Assembly (NCBI GenBank): GCA_028718325.1
Contig: JAQUMB010000001.1
Coordinates: 1 to 63,429, forward strand
From: Patescibacteria group bacterium
GTDB lineage: Bacteria > Patescibacteriota > CPR2 > UBA1875 > CAIMLA01
Direction of reading: 5' to 3'
Length of the DNA stretch: 63,429 bases
Within the stretch, counting starts at the first letter, position 1; each line of letters starts with the position of its first letter. Under the pieces are notes generated by a model, which was given only the letters and a program-made list of their open reading frames with translations, made no database searches and had not been told where the DNA came from. A program made the position numbers and the translations under genes. Positions 27,425-35,791 of the stretch are shown here, in pieces.

Positions 27425-28936
27425 TTGTTAGCAAAAATAAATTCCATCGCAGTGATCGGTCTGTCCGGTGAAAAAGTAGAAGTTGAAGTAGATTTGTCAA
27501 ATGGGTTGCCAGCTTTTAATATAGTAGGTCTACCTGACAAAGCAGTTGAAGAATCAAAAGAAAGAGTTCGCAGCGCCATAAAAAATAGCGGCTGCGTATT
27601 CCCTCAGAAACGAATCACAGTAAATCTAGCCCCCGCTGATTTACGGAAAGAAGGTCCCTCGTATGATTTACCGATTGCTGTCGGGATACTCTTAGCAAGT
27701 GAGCAAATCTTTTTCGACTCATCGAAAACCGTTTTCGTAGGTGAGTTGTCACTAAATGGAGATATTCGCCATACAAATGGCATATTGCCTTCGGTTATGG
27801 CAGCTAAAGAGTTAAATTTTGAGACCATTGTGATACCAGGTAAAAATACTGACGAATCTTCAATTATCGATGGCATCGCTATCTTGGCTGCTGACAATTT
27901 GAAAGGAATCGTTCAACATTATCGTCGAGAGACAATTATCGAACCTGTCGTCTACAAAGAGTTTGTTGAAGATGAAAATCAGATATATGAAATAAATTTT
28001 TCCCAAATTGTCGGCCAAGAACATGCCAAAAGAGCCTTAGAAATTGCCGCTAGCGGCGGCCACAATATCTTTATGAGCGGTCCTCCGGGTTCAGGCAAAA
28101 CTTTACTGGCCAAAGCTCTGGTCTCAATCCTCCCACCTTTAACTTACCCTGAGGCACTTGAAGTTACAAAAATTTACTCAATCGTTGGCGAACTTCACCA
28201 AAAAGGGTCTTTAATTCAAACTCGACCTTACCGCAATCCACATCATACAACTAGCGATATCGCACTTATAGGCGGTGGCAAATGGCCTAGGCCAGGAGAA
28301 ATTAGCCTTTCTCATCGTGGCGTTCTTTTTTTGGATGAGTTACCGGAATTTCCTCGTCATGTACTAGAAGTTCTGAGACAGCCCCTAGAAGAAGGTTTTA
28401 TTACTATTTCTAGAGCTAACGGTACTTTGACTTTTCCTGCTCAGTTTATCCTAGTCGCGGCACAAAATCCATGTCCTTGCGGCTATTCAACTGACCCCGA
28501 GAAGCAATGCACCTGCAATGCCGCTCAAATCGTCCGCTATCAGAAAAAAGTTTCTGGTCCGTTACTTGACAGAATGGATCTTCATCTAGAAGTTCCCCGG
28601 GTGAAATATGAAAAGTTGGCTGATAATTCTTTAGGAGAAGATTCTGAGCAAATCCGTAGTCGCGTTATTGCGGCTCGTGAGAAGCAAGAATCACGATTCA
28701 GAGGGACAAGCACTATTTCTAACTCTGAGATGACCCTAAAACAGTTAAAACTATATTGCGTCCTTGATGATGAAGGCAAGAGCTTACTGCTAAGCGCCAG
28801 TAAACAGTTGGGTTTATCTGCTCGTTCTTATCACCGCATCCTAAAACTTGCCCGGACCATTGCTGATCTGGATGATAGCAATGAGATTAAAATCGGTCAT
28901 TTGGCCGAAGCTTTGCAGTATCGCCCAAGAAATTAG
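27425..28936 (+). CDS. comM: YifB/ComM-family Mg-chelatase-like AAA+ ATPase
   Basis: Lon-protease-like N-domain, Walker A GPPGSGKT, and a Cys cluster PCPCGY...CTC. I prefer the TTG start at 27425 (MLAKINS, RBS GGAG 6 nt upstream). The alternative is ATG 27386. Confidence 0.88.
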   Translation: MLAKINSIAVIGLSGEKVEVEVDLSNGLPAFNIVGLPDKAVEESKERVRSAIKNSGCVFPQKRITVNLAPADLRKEGPSYDLPIAVGILLASEQIFFDSSKTVFVGELSLNGDIRHTNGILPSVMAAKELNFETIVIPGKNTDESSIIDGIAILAADNLKGIVQHYRRETIIEPVVYKEFVEDENQIYEINFSQIVGQEHAKRALEIAASGGHNIFMSGPPGSGKTLLAKALVSILPPLTYPEALEVTKIYSIVGELHQKGSLIQTRPYRNPHHTTSDIALIGGGKWPRPGEISLSHRGVLFLDELPEFPRHVLEVLRQPLEEGFITISRANGTLTFPAQFILVAAQNPCPCGYSTDPEKQCTCNAAQIVRYQKKVSGPLLDRMDLHLEVPRVKYEKLADNSLGEDSEQIRSRVIAAREKQESRFRGTSTISNSEMTLKQLKLYCVLDDEGKSLLLSASKQLGLSARSYHRILKLARTIADLDDSNEIKIGHLAEALQYRPRN

Positions 28937-29232
28937 TACTTTACGTTTACTCGGTGAAATAATGGGTCAAGGATCTTTGTGTGATAAGCCAAGATCCAAA
29001 GAATAACTACGAAGGCTACGATCAACCCTGTAATAATGGCTACCTTTTTTAAATCTTTGATAACATAACCAGGAACATTATCTTTAGGTTTTTTGGGGAC
29101 TCCCCCATTTTCTTTTCCCGGTTTTTCGATTTTTGTGTCAGTAAAAATAGGCGTAGTAGGTGTATTCTGACTAAACTTATGAGTTTTCAGCAATTCTTTT
29201 TCTTTTCTTGTCTTTCTTTTTTTCTTAGCCAT
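28933..29232 (-). CDS. hypothetical small membrane protein (basic N-terminus, one TM)
   Basis: 99 aa. Strong RBS AAGGAG 5 nt upstream of the ATG. TM is VAIITGLIVAFVVILWILAY. Confidence 0.55.
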   Translation of the reverse strand: MAKKKRKTRKEKELLKTHKFSQNTPTTPIFTDTKIEKPGKENGGVPKKPKDNVPGYVIKDLKKVAIITGLIVAFVVILWILAYHTKILDPLFHRVNVKY

Positions 29233-29522
29233 TTTTCTCCTTTTCTGTCGGCAAGTTGCTGTTCTAAATGAAGGATTTTTTCTAGAAGATCATCTTCATT
29301 TCTCTGATATTTATCCTCTTCTAGGATCAATAATCTAAGTCTGCGATAGAATATCAAAAGCCCAATAGAGAAAACTTATTAAAATCCTTCTTTTTTGTCT
29401 TATTAAACATTGGCTTGTTGTCCCTTTCATAAAAAATTATAACTTAAACCAAGATTAATGTCAGCTTTAACTTGAAAAAAAAGCAATAATAGTTAATAAT
29501 ATTAAAGCTTTTTGGAGCTCAT

Positions 29523-29981
29523 ATGGATAACTCAATTATTTTATTACTTTCATTTGGTCTCTTTTTTCTAGCTTGGAACATAGCTTTAACGATTTTGATA
29601 TTGAAGATAAGAAAAAAGAATAAGCTTTTTTTTGAATCTAGTGATGAAAATGTCTACGAGCTTTTACAGCACATGGTTGCTGATAACAAAAAAATCAACA
29701 AACGATCCGAAAAAGTAGAGCAAGGCTTGGACGAAATTGCCAGAATCATGAAACTTAGTTTTCAAAAGATCGGGGTCGTCCGTTATAACCCTTTCAAGGA
29801 TACAGGGGGTGATATGAGTTTCAGTCTAGCCCTTCTCAACCTCGAAAATAGTGGAATTGTTATAACCAGCATTCATGGTCGCGGAGCAGATCGAGTGTAT
29901 GCCAAACCAATTGAGAAAGGTAAATCACAACATAATTTAAGTGCCGAAGAAATAGAAGCAATTAACAAGGCGATCGAATAA
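29523..29981 (+). CDS. DUF4446 family protein
   Basis: N-terminal TM, then the GVVRYNPFKDTGGDMSFSLALLN...RVYAKPI pattern typical of DUF4446. Confidence 0.78.
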   Translation: MDNSIILLLSFGLFFLAWNIALTILILKIRKKNKLFFESSDENVYELLQHMVADNKKINKRSEKVEQGLDEIARIMKLSFQKIGVVRYNPFKDTGGDMSFSLALLNLENSGIVITSIHGRGADRVYAKPIEKGKSQHNLSAEEIEAINKAIE

Positions 29982-29991
29982 AGGAGTCAAA

Positions 29992-30423
29992 ATGTTCGAA
30001 AAGAAAGAGGAAGAAATCGTTTCGGGGGCTGCTGAAACAATTGTTGGCACCTCGGTAAAATTGAAAGGGAATCTAAAGAGTGATGGGGATATCACTATTG
30101 ATGGCAGCGTCAACGGTGAGATAAAGACAAAAGGAGCGGTTAACATCGGTTCAAATGCTCATGTTATCGCCAATGTCAAAGCGAAAAAAATTTCAGTAGC
30201 CGGAACTGTACAAGGTAATATTGAGGCAACTGAGAGACTAACTATTACTGAAACTGGTAGAATCTATGGCGATATCATAGCAAATGTTTTATCAATTTCT
30301 GCTGGTGCTATCTTCACTGGGAAATCAACAATGATGGAAAAAATTAAACCAGAAGAAATTGAACCTATTGCTGAAATCGACGAAGTTATTGAAGAATCAA
30401 AAGAAAAAAATACTAAAAAATAA
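29992..30423 (+). CDS. bactofilin (polymer-forming cytoskeletal protein)
   Basis: Repeated beta-helix pattern GDITIDGSVNGEI / VAGTVQGNI / ITETGRIYGDI, with an acidic tail. Confidence 0.83.
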   Translation: MFEKKEEEIVSGAAETIVGTSVKLKGNLKSDGDITIDGSVNGEIKTKGAVNIGSNAHVIANVKAKKISVAGTVQGNIEATERLTITETGRIYGDIIANVLSISAGAIFTGKSTMMEKIKPEEIEPIAEIDEVIEESKEKNTKK

Positions 30424-30431
30424 TTTAGTCC

Positions 30432-31310
30432 ATGTACTATTACATCATAAATCCAGCTGCCGGTGGCGGTAGAATTAATAAAATTCAGGAAAAGCTTAAG
30501 GAACGTTTAAGCGAGCTTGGTATTGCTGGAGAATTTGAAAAAAGTACCGGATCGGCAGATATACCTAAGTTAACAAAAATCGCCACAAGTAAGGGATTTA
30601 AGACAATTGTAGCGGTCGGTGGTGATGGAACGATAAATGAAGTCATTAATTCTCTAGATAACAAGGAAGGTGTTGCTTTGGGCATTATTCCAACCGGTAA
30701 CACAAATGAACTGGCCAATCTCCTTGGTATTCATGACTGGCAGTCGGCTTGCGCAATTTTAGCTGCAAGAAAAATAGAAAAAGTTGACCTTGGGAAAATT
30801 GATGGCAATGTTTTTGTAACTTCTGCTTCCATCGGTTTTGATAACGTTGTCTATGATCTCAAACGGTACCAGAAAACATCACCATTTTCTCGAGGTTTAT
30901 ATCTAGCAAGTTTAACTAAAGCGGCTAGAAATTATAAGCCATTCCAGATAGAGCTTGAGTTTGATCACAAATATAGTGTTAACACTGAATGTTTTAATCT
31001 TTCAGTTTCAAATGGCCTTTTGCTTGACTATCTCCCGGCCACTTCAAAGCCTCAAGATAATATTTTGGACGCAATCCTAATAAATAAATTGAGTTTCAGA
31101 GATATGCTTTTGTATGGTCAAAAAAAGATAAATTTCAATGACAGAAATAGCAGTCGCATTTCAGTTTTTCATACTCAAAAAGTCACAATCAAAACAAAAA
31201 ACCCTGTTCCTGTCAGTGCTGATGGTCAAGTAGTCACTCAAACACCGGTTACAATTTCCATTTCAGATAAAAAATTACGGGTAATCGTCTCACGCAAAAG
31301 GCATTTCTAA
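30432..31310 (+). CDS. diacylglycerol/lipid kinase family protein (YegS-like)
   Basis: AVGGDGTINEV and GIIPTGNTNE motifs. Confidence 0.83.
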   Translation: MYYYIINPAAGGGRINKIQEKLKERLSELGIAGEFEKSTGSADIPKLTKIATSKGFKTIVAVGGDGTINEVINSLDNKEGVALGIIPTGNTNELANLLGIHDWQSACAILAARKIEKVDLGKIDGNVFVTSASIGFDNVVYDLKRYQKTSPFSRGLYLASLTKAARNYKPFQIELEFDHKYSVNTECFNLSVSNGLLLDYLPATSKPQDNILDAILINKLSFRDMLLYGQKKINFNDRNSSRISVFHTQKVTIKTKNPVPVSADGQVVTQTPVTISISDKKLRVIVSRKRHF

Positions 31311-31369
31311 CCTGCGTTGACAAAGATACCCAATTCTGCTAAAATTTGCTTATCATTTAAGAGGTAGGA

Positions 31370-31933
31370 ATAAACAAGCGGATTCGTATTAATGAGCATA
31401 TTCGAGTGCCTGAAGTCAGGGTAATTTCTTTTGACGGCCAACAGCTTGGCATTATGCCTACTACCAAAGCACTAGAGATAGCAAAAAATGAAGGGCTTGA
31501 TCTGATTGAAGTTTCTCCCAATGCTACTCCACCCGTAGTAAAGGTGTTAGACTGGGGTAAGTTTCGATACGAACAACAAAAGCAAAAAACTAAACAAAAA
31601 ACTGTTGAGGTTAAAGGAATTCGTCTTGGTATTAAAATCGGTGAACACGATTTGGTCACCAAGCTGAAGTTAGCTGAGAAATTTTTAGGGAAGAAAGATA
31701 AAGTCAAATTTCAGCTTCGTTTCAAAGGTCGTGAAATTGTCCATAAAGAGCTTGGGATTGATCTACTGAATAAAATTATAGAACGTATGTCTGAATTTGC
31801 TGAGGTAGAGCAACCACCAGAATCTGCCGGCAGGGATATGATAATGGTGCTTGCCCCTATATCAAATAAGAAGAAAAGTGATAATAACAAAGTAACGAAG
31901 GAAGAAAATAATGCCGAAAATCAAAACTCATAG
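31370..31933 (+). CDS. infC: translation initiation factor IF-3 (non-AUG start)
   Basis: The conserved N-terminus [19 protein letters not shown] is encoded upstream of the ORF-track GTG. The frame opens at 31361, and the only candidate starts are ATA 31370 and ATT 31382. GAGG lies at 31361-31364. Confidence 0.88.
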   Translation: MNKRIRINEHIRVPEVRVISFDGQQLGIMPTTKALEIAKNEGLDLIEVSPNATPPVVKVLDWGKFRYEQQKQKTKQKTVEVKGIRLGIKIGEHDLVTKLKLAEKFLGKKDKVKFQLRFKGREIVHKELGIDLLNKIIERMSEFAEVEQPPESAGRDMIMVLAPISNKKKSDNNKVTKEENNAENQNS

Positions 31934-32108
31934 CGGAGCGAAGAAGAGATTTAAAACAACATCCACTGGCAAAATCAAACGTCAAGGAGCTTTTGCTAAC
32001 CATCTATTAGAACACAAATCAAAAGATCAGAAGCGCAATTATAAAGGCGATATGGATGTTGCTGGTAGTGACAAAAAAAATGTTAAGAAAATGTTAGGAG
32101 TTGGATAA
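31911..32108 (+). CDS. rpmI: 50S ribosomal protein L35
   Basis: [24 protein letters not shown] is canonical L35. Confidence 0.95.
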   Translation: MPKIKTHSGAKKRFKTTSTGKIKRQGAFANHLLEHKSKDQKRNYKGDMDVAGSDKKNVKKMLGVG

Positions 32109-32449
32109 TGAGAGTAAAAAGAGGCGTCACAAGTCACGCCAAACATAAAAAAGTTATTGCCCAAACAAAGGGCATGATAAAGGTACGCAGAAGCAGCATA
32201 AAAAAGGCCAGAGAAGCCTTATTTAAAGCATGGTCATACCAATATCGAGATAGAAGAAATAAAAAAAGAGATATAAGGCGACTATGGATCATCCGTATCG
32301 GGAATGCCACAAAAATAAATGGGCTTTCTTATTCCAAGTTTACCGCCGGTCTAAAAAGTAAAAAAATTGAACTTGATCGTAAAATTCTTGCCGAGTTAGC
32401 TGTTAACCAACCTGATATCTTTGCAAGGATAGTTGAAAAGGTAAAATAA
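32108..32449 (+). CDS. rplT: 50S ribosomal protein L20
   Basis: [16 protein letters not shown] is canonical L20. Standard infC-rpmI-rplT order. Confidence 0.95.
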   Translation: MRVKRGVTSHAKHKKVIAQTKGMIKVRRSSIKKAREALFKAWSYQYRDRRNKKRDIRRLWIIRIGNATKINGLSYSKFTAGLKSKKIELDRKILAELAVNQPDIFARIVEKVK

Positions 32450-32625
32450 TGAAAAAATATCTTTGTGAATGCAGTAGTTGTAAGGCAAAATTCGAAGGTA
32501 TCATAGAAAAAGAGAAGAATGTTGCTTGTCCAGCATGTGGACACAATAAAACTATCGTTTTAGAAGAAATGGAAATTGGTGAATCAGGTTGTAATGGATG
32601 CTCCGGTTGTTCCGGCTGTCATTAA
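32449..32625 (+). CDS. FmdB-family zinc-ribbon protein (58 aa, below the ORF-track cutoff)
   Basis: My translation is MKKYLCECSSCKAKFEGIIEKEKNVACPACGHNKTIVLEEMEIGESGCNGCSGCSGCH. It has CxxC...CxxC plus a Cys/Gly-rich tail. The ATG overlaps the rplT stop (TAATG). Confidence 0.65.
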   Translation: MKKYLCECSSCKAKFEGIIEKEKNVACPACGHNKTIVLEEMEIGESGCNGCSGCSGCH

Positions 32626-32639
32626 GAATAATTCTTACT

Positions 32640-32668
32640 TAAAAAACACCTTTTAATAAGGTGTTTTT
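32640..32668. terminator. bidirectional intrinsic terminator (rplT operon and rnpB)
   Basis: AAAAAACACCTT-TTAAT-AAGGTGTTTTTT. Confidence 0.75.
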
Positions 32669-32671
32669 TAT

Positions 32672-33217
32672 TGCTTAGTCAATCTATAAGCCGGGTTCTG
32701 TATCCTTACGGACGACAATCATCTATCTAAGCGGCAGGACCTTCCATTTTTGGCTCAGATCATCGCTTTTACGATTTATAGTCCTTGTTAAGCAATTAAC
32801 TTTTCAAAGTCATGTTTCGTAAAAATGATAGGCCCACCTGCCTTGCACCAAATAGGGTTTACCTCTTCTGGTTATCACTAACTAGAACTGTGAGCTCTTA
32901 CCTCACTCTTTTCACCCTTACCCCGCCCTTTCACAAAGTACAGTTTTCTCAAATTTCTATATATAATTCAACTCTGTTAGCTTTCAATACACTGTGCTCT
33001 CTGAAAGAGCGGGGCGGTATTGTTTCTGTGGCACTTTCCCTAGCCTTCCGACTGGTCGCTGTTAACGACTATCCTGATCTTAAGGTGCCCGGACTTTCCT
33101 CCCCGCCTTTTCAAAAAAACAAATCCTACAAAAAAACTACTATAAAACAATCATTTTGGATCAAGTATTCCTTATTGTTTCTCTGAAAGGGCGGGGCGAT
33201 TGCCCAATTAACTAAGC
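32672..33217 (-). ncRNA. rnpB: RNase P RNA, bacterial type A, unusually long (about 546 nt)
   Basis: The minus strand contains GAGGAAAGTCCGGGCAC, GGTAAGGGTGAAAAGAGTGAGGTAAGAGCTCAC, GGTAAACCCTATTTGGTGCAAGGCAG and ACAGAACCCGGCTTAT. P1 pairs GCTTAGTTAAT (5') with ATTGACTAAGC (3'). Confidence 0.9.
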
Positions 33218-33224
33218 ATTGTAT

Positions 33225-33253
33225 ATTATATCACTAATATTAGATAAAATCAA
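33225..33253 (-). promoter_or_regulatory. sigma70-type promoter for rnpB
   Basis: Minus-strand TTGATT, 17 nt, TATAAT. The -10 ends 7 nt before the inferred rnpB 5' end. Confidence 0.55.
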
Positions 33254-33256
33254 GAC

Positions 33257-33661
33257 CTAAAAACCGGCTTCATCGATTGCTTGATTTACTAATCTATCAG
33301 CTAATTTGTTTTTTTCTCTCCTAACATGGATAAATTTTATTGGTTTGAAAAAGGTCAATTCTTGCACTCTGTTGTACAGCTCTTTCAGATTCTGATCCTT
33401 CACTCTGTATTCCCCCTTCAACTGTTTGACCACTAATTCACTATCCAACCGACATTCAAATTCGTCAGCTTCAAAATCTTGAGCTTTTTCGAGTGCAAGG
33501 ATTAGCGCTCTATATTCTGCTGTATTGTTTGTTGTCTCACCAATATATTCCTTATAAGTAGAGATCACCTCGTTTTCTGGGCTAGAAAAAACTACCCCAA
33601 TTCCTGCTGGTCCTGGGTTGCCTCTCGCTCCTCCATCGGTATTAATTATTAACTTTTCCAT
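33257..33661 (-). CDS. rnhA: ribonuclease HI family protein
   Basis: INTDGGARGNPGPAGIG, NNTAEYRALILAL, and a C-terminal Asp region. Confidence 0.83.
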   Translation of the reverse strand: MEKLIINTDGGARGNPGPAGIGVVFSSPENEVISTYKEYIGETTNNTAEYRALILALEKAQDFEADEFECRLDSELVVKQLKGEYRVKDQNLKELYNRVQELTFFKPIKFIHVRREKNKLADRLVNQAIDEAGF

Positions 33662-33706
33662 TTATTTTTTCTTTCTTGACTATTGTTTCTTTTTGTTCAA
33701 ACCACT

Positions 33707-34438
33707 TTAATATCGTGAAATAATAAAAGCTACCAAAAAACCAAGAATGGTTAGGAAGGCAATACTAAAACCTCCCTCTTCATACGCCTCAGGAATCATA
33801 CTATCAGCTAGCATTGCCAAAATTGCCCCGGCAGCAAATGCTTCTAAAATACCAATAGTATTTGGGTTTACATCGTGCAAAAAAACAAAACTTGCAATCG
33901 TTGTCAAGGCTGTAACTGCGGCGACGATCCCCCATATAATAAATATTTTTTCTTTCTTGAACCCTTCTTTTCTGAGACCGGTAATAGATGAGATTCCTTC
34001 AGGAAAATTTGAGAGAACAATAGCGCTAAGCATTAGAATTCCTCGACCCTGGCCATTAAAAATCGATATGCCAAGAGCGACTGATTCAGGGATCCCATCC
34101 AATAGGGCCCCCAAAGTTATAACTTTGCCATTTGTGGCTGATTTTGATTCTACAACCTGAAATTTTTTATGTTTTCTCCCGCCTTTGATATGGATAATAT
34201 AATCACCTGCAATAAAGATAGTACCTCCCAACAAAAATCCAATAATGACAGCATCGAAACCTCCGTGGCCAAAAGCTTCTTCCATCAAACCAAATGTCAG
34301 CGCGCAGATCAAGACACCTGAGCCAAAAGCCATAAAGCGAGCAATAGTCTTTTGCCTTAGATTAAAAATAAGCCCGGTAGTTGCTCCAAATAATAGAGAT
34401 AAGCCACTGATTATTCCAAAAGTTATTGCCTGTATCAT
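33707..34438 (-). CDS. ZIP-family divalent metal transporter
   Basis: 243-aa polytopic ORF with motifs LLDGIPESVALG and NFPEGIS typical of ZupT/ZIP. Confidence 0.83.
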   Translation of the reverse strand: MIQAITFGIISGLSLLFGATTGLIFNLRQKTIARFMAFGSGVLICALTFGLMEEAFGHGGFDAVIIGFLLGGTIFIAGDYIIHIKGGRKHKKFQVVESKSATNGKVITLGALLDGIPESVALGISIFNGQGRGILMLSAIVLSNFPEGISSITGLRKEGFKKEKIFIIWGIVAAVTALTTIASFVFLHDVNPNTIGILEAFAAGAILAMLADSMIPEAYEEGGFSIAFLTILGFLVAFIISRY

Positions 34439-34453
34439 TTATTCGCTACTCTT

Positions 34454-34618
34454 TCAAAGACATTTACTCGTTGGTTTTTCGGTAGCTGGGTTACCGTGTC
34501 TCACCCATTTTCCATCTTTACAAACCCAATTATCTTCACCGCTTAAAAACCTAACACCTGCTACTACAATCAAGCCCGCTACAAAGATTGCCATTACAAT
34601 ATAAATATATTTTCTCAT
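34454..34618 (-). CDS. small membrane-anchored protein (54 aa, below the ORF-track cutoff)
   Basis: My translation is MRKYIYIVMAIFVAGLIVVAGVRFLSGEDNWVCKDGKWVRHGNPATEKPTSKCL. Its ATG overlaps the stop of the upstream gene (ATGA), which suggests translational coupling. Confidence 0.45.
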   Translation of the reverse strand: MRKYIYIVMAIFVAGLIVVAGVRFLSGEDNWVCKDGKWVRHGNPATEKPTSKCL

Positions 34619-34887
34619 TTTTTATGCCAAAAATTTTCCGCTTCGTTCTCCATTTTTTCGAGTCGAGTGTAGTAATCTGGAAACTCGTTGAGATGAGCCA
34701 ACACAATCTTACCGGTAAGCATGACATCATTATCAGTTATATTTGTATGCAGATCGGTCGTTCCATGTTCTAACTCAATATCCATACCACTTCTGAATTG
34801 TTCAATATCCCATCTTGTCCAATCAACACCTAGAGCATCACCTATTGTCTTTGCTTCTTGTCCAGAAAAATGTTTTTCTTCCGACAT
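34615..34887 (-). CDS. conserved hypothetical protein (DUF5661-like by recollection)
   Basis: 90 aa. DIEQFRSGMDIELEHGT...LAHLNEFPDYYTRLEKME resembles a family I recall as DUF5661. Not verified. Confidence 0.55.
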   Translation of the reverse strand: MSEEKHFSGQEAKTIGDALGVDWTRWDIEQFRSGMDIELEHGTTDLHTNITDNDVMLTGKIVLAHLNEFPDYYTRLEKMENEAENFWHKK

Positions 34888-35790
34888 TTATTTTTTCCCG
34901 TTAGTATGATCTTTATCAACCTTGCCATCGAGCATATGGATAGTCCTTTTGCACATTTTTGCGACTTCAGGATTATGAGTAACAATAATAAATGTTTGGC
35001 CCTTACTATTAAGATTCTGGATTAACCCCATCACTTCTTTGGTCATTTTTGTGTCCAACTCACCGGTTAACTCATCACCAAAAATGATCGCTGGATTGTT
35101 TACAACAGATCTTGCGATTGCCACTCTTTGCCCTTGTCCTCCAGAGAGCTCATTTGGTGTATGATCCAACCTATCCCCTAGTCCAACAGATTCAAGAGCT
35201 TTTTTCGCCATTTCTTTTCTTTTCTGGGGTTTAATGCCTGCATATTTTAGAGGTAACATGACATTTTCTAAGGCTGTTAAGCTTGGTATCAAATTAAATG
35301 ATTGAAAAACAAAGCCAAGATCGTTTGATCTGATTTCAGGTAATTTCTTGCTTTTTATCCCAGTTACGTTCATGCCCTTCAGATAAATCAATCCTGCAGT
35401 GGGAGAGTCAAGTAGCCCTAGCATATTCAACAAAGTAGATTTACCGCTTCCAGATGGACCCATAATTGCGACCAAATCACCTTTTTTTATCTCCAAGGTA
35501 ACATTATCTAGAGCATGGACTACAGCCCCCCTATCTTTCGGCCTAGATTTCAAGGTTTTCCCCGTGACAGTTTTATAACTTTCTTCGTATTTTTCTTTTG
35601 AAAAAAGCTCTTGGGCTTTTTCTAGCAGATCTTCGGTATCTTTTTTACACTTCAAGTCTTCTTTTTCACACTCATCTTCATATGATTTATGCAATTTTTG
35701 AATTGCTTTCTGAGCCTTAGAAGCATTTTTCCTTGTTCCTATGATATAGGTTTTTGATATTCTATTTAATTTTATGATTGTTTCTGCCAT
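34888..35790 (-). CDS. ABC transporter ATP-binding protein (MacB/LolD-type) with a charged N-terminal insertion
   Basis: Walker A GPSGSGKST, signature LSGGQGQR, Walker B IIFGDE. About 65 extra charged residues lie between the first beta-strand and the Walker A region. Confidence 0.88.
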   Translation of the reverse strand: MAETIIKLNRISKTYIIGTRKNASKAQKAIQKLHKSYEDECEKEDLKCKKDTEDLLEKAQELFSKEKYEESYKTVTGKTLKSRPKDRGAVVHALDNVTLEIKKGDLVAIMGPSGSGKSTLLNMLGLLDSPTAGLIYLKGMNVTGIKSKKLPEIRSNDLGFVFQSFNLIPSLTALENVMLPLKYAGIKPQKRKEMAKKALESVGLGDRLDHTPNELSGGQGQRVAIARSVVNNPAIIFGDELTGELDTKMTKEVMGLIQNLNSKGQTFIIVTHNPEVAKMCKRTIHMLDGKVDKDHTNGKK

Positions 35791-35791
35791 G

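Noticed and set aside
29184-29440. The 290-nt spacer 29233-29522 holds minus-strand reading-frame fragments in two different frames:
- MKGTTSQCLIRQKRRILISFLYWAFDILSQT
- (M)IFYRRLRLLILEEDKYQRNEDDLLEKILHLEQQLADRKGEK...
Together these resemble a frameshifted FtsB/DivIC-like protein (basic - TM - coiled coil).
   Set aside because: - The fragments are short.
- The coiled-coil frame runs into the well-supported 99-aa gene, which has a strong RBS.
- Lys/Glu/Leu-rich frames arise easily in AT-rich DNA.
- I cannot support a pseudogene call without homology search.
32812-33186. 124-aa plus-strand ORF.
   Set aside because: It lies entirely inside the RNase P RNA gene on the opposite strand. Its product looks non-protein-like.
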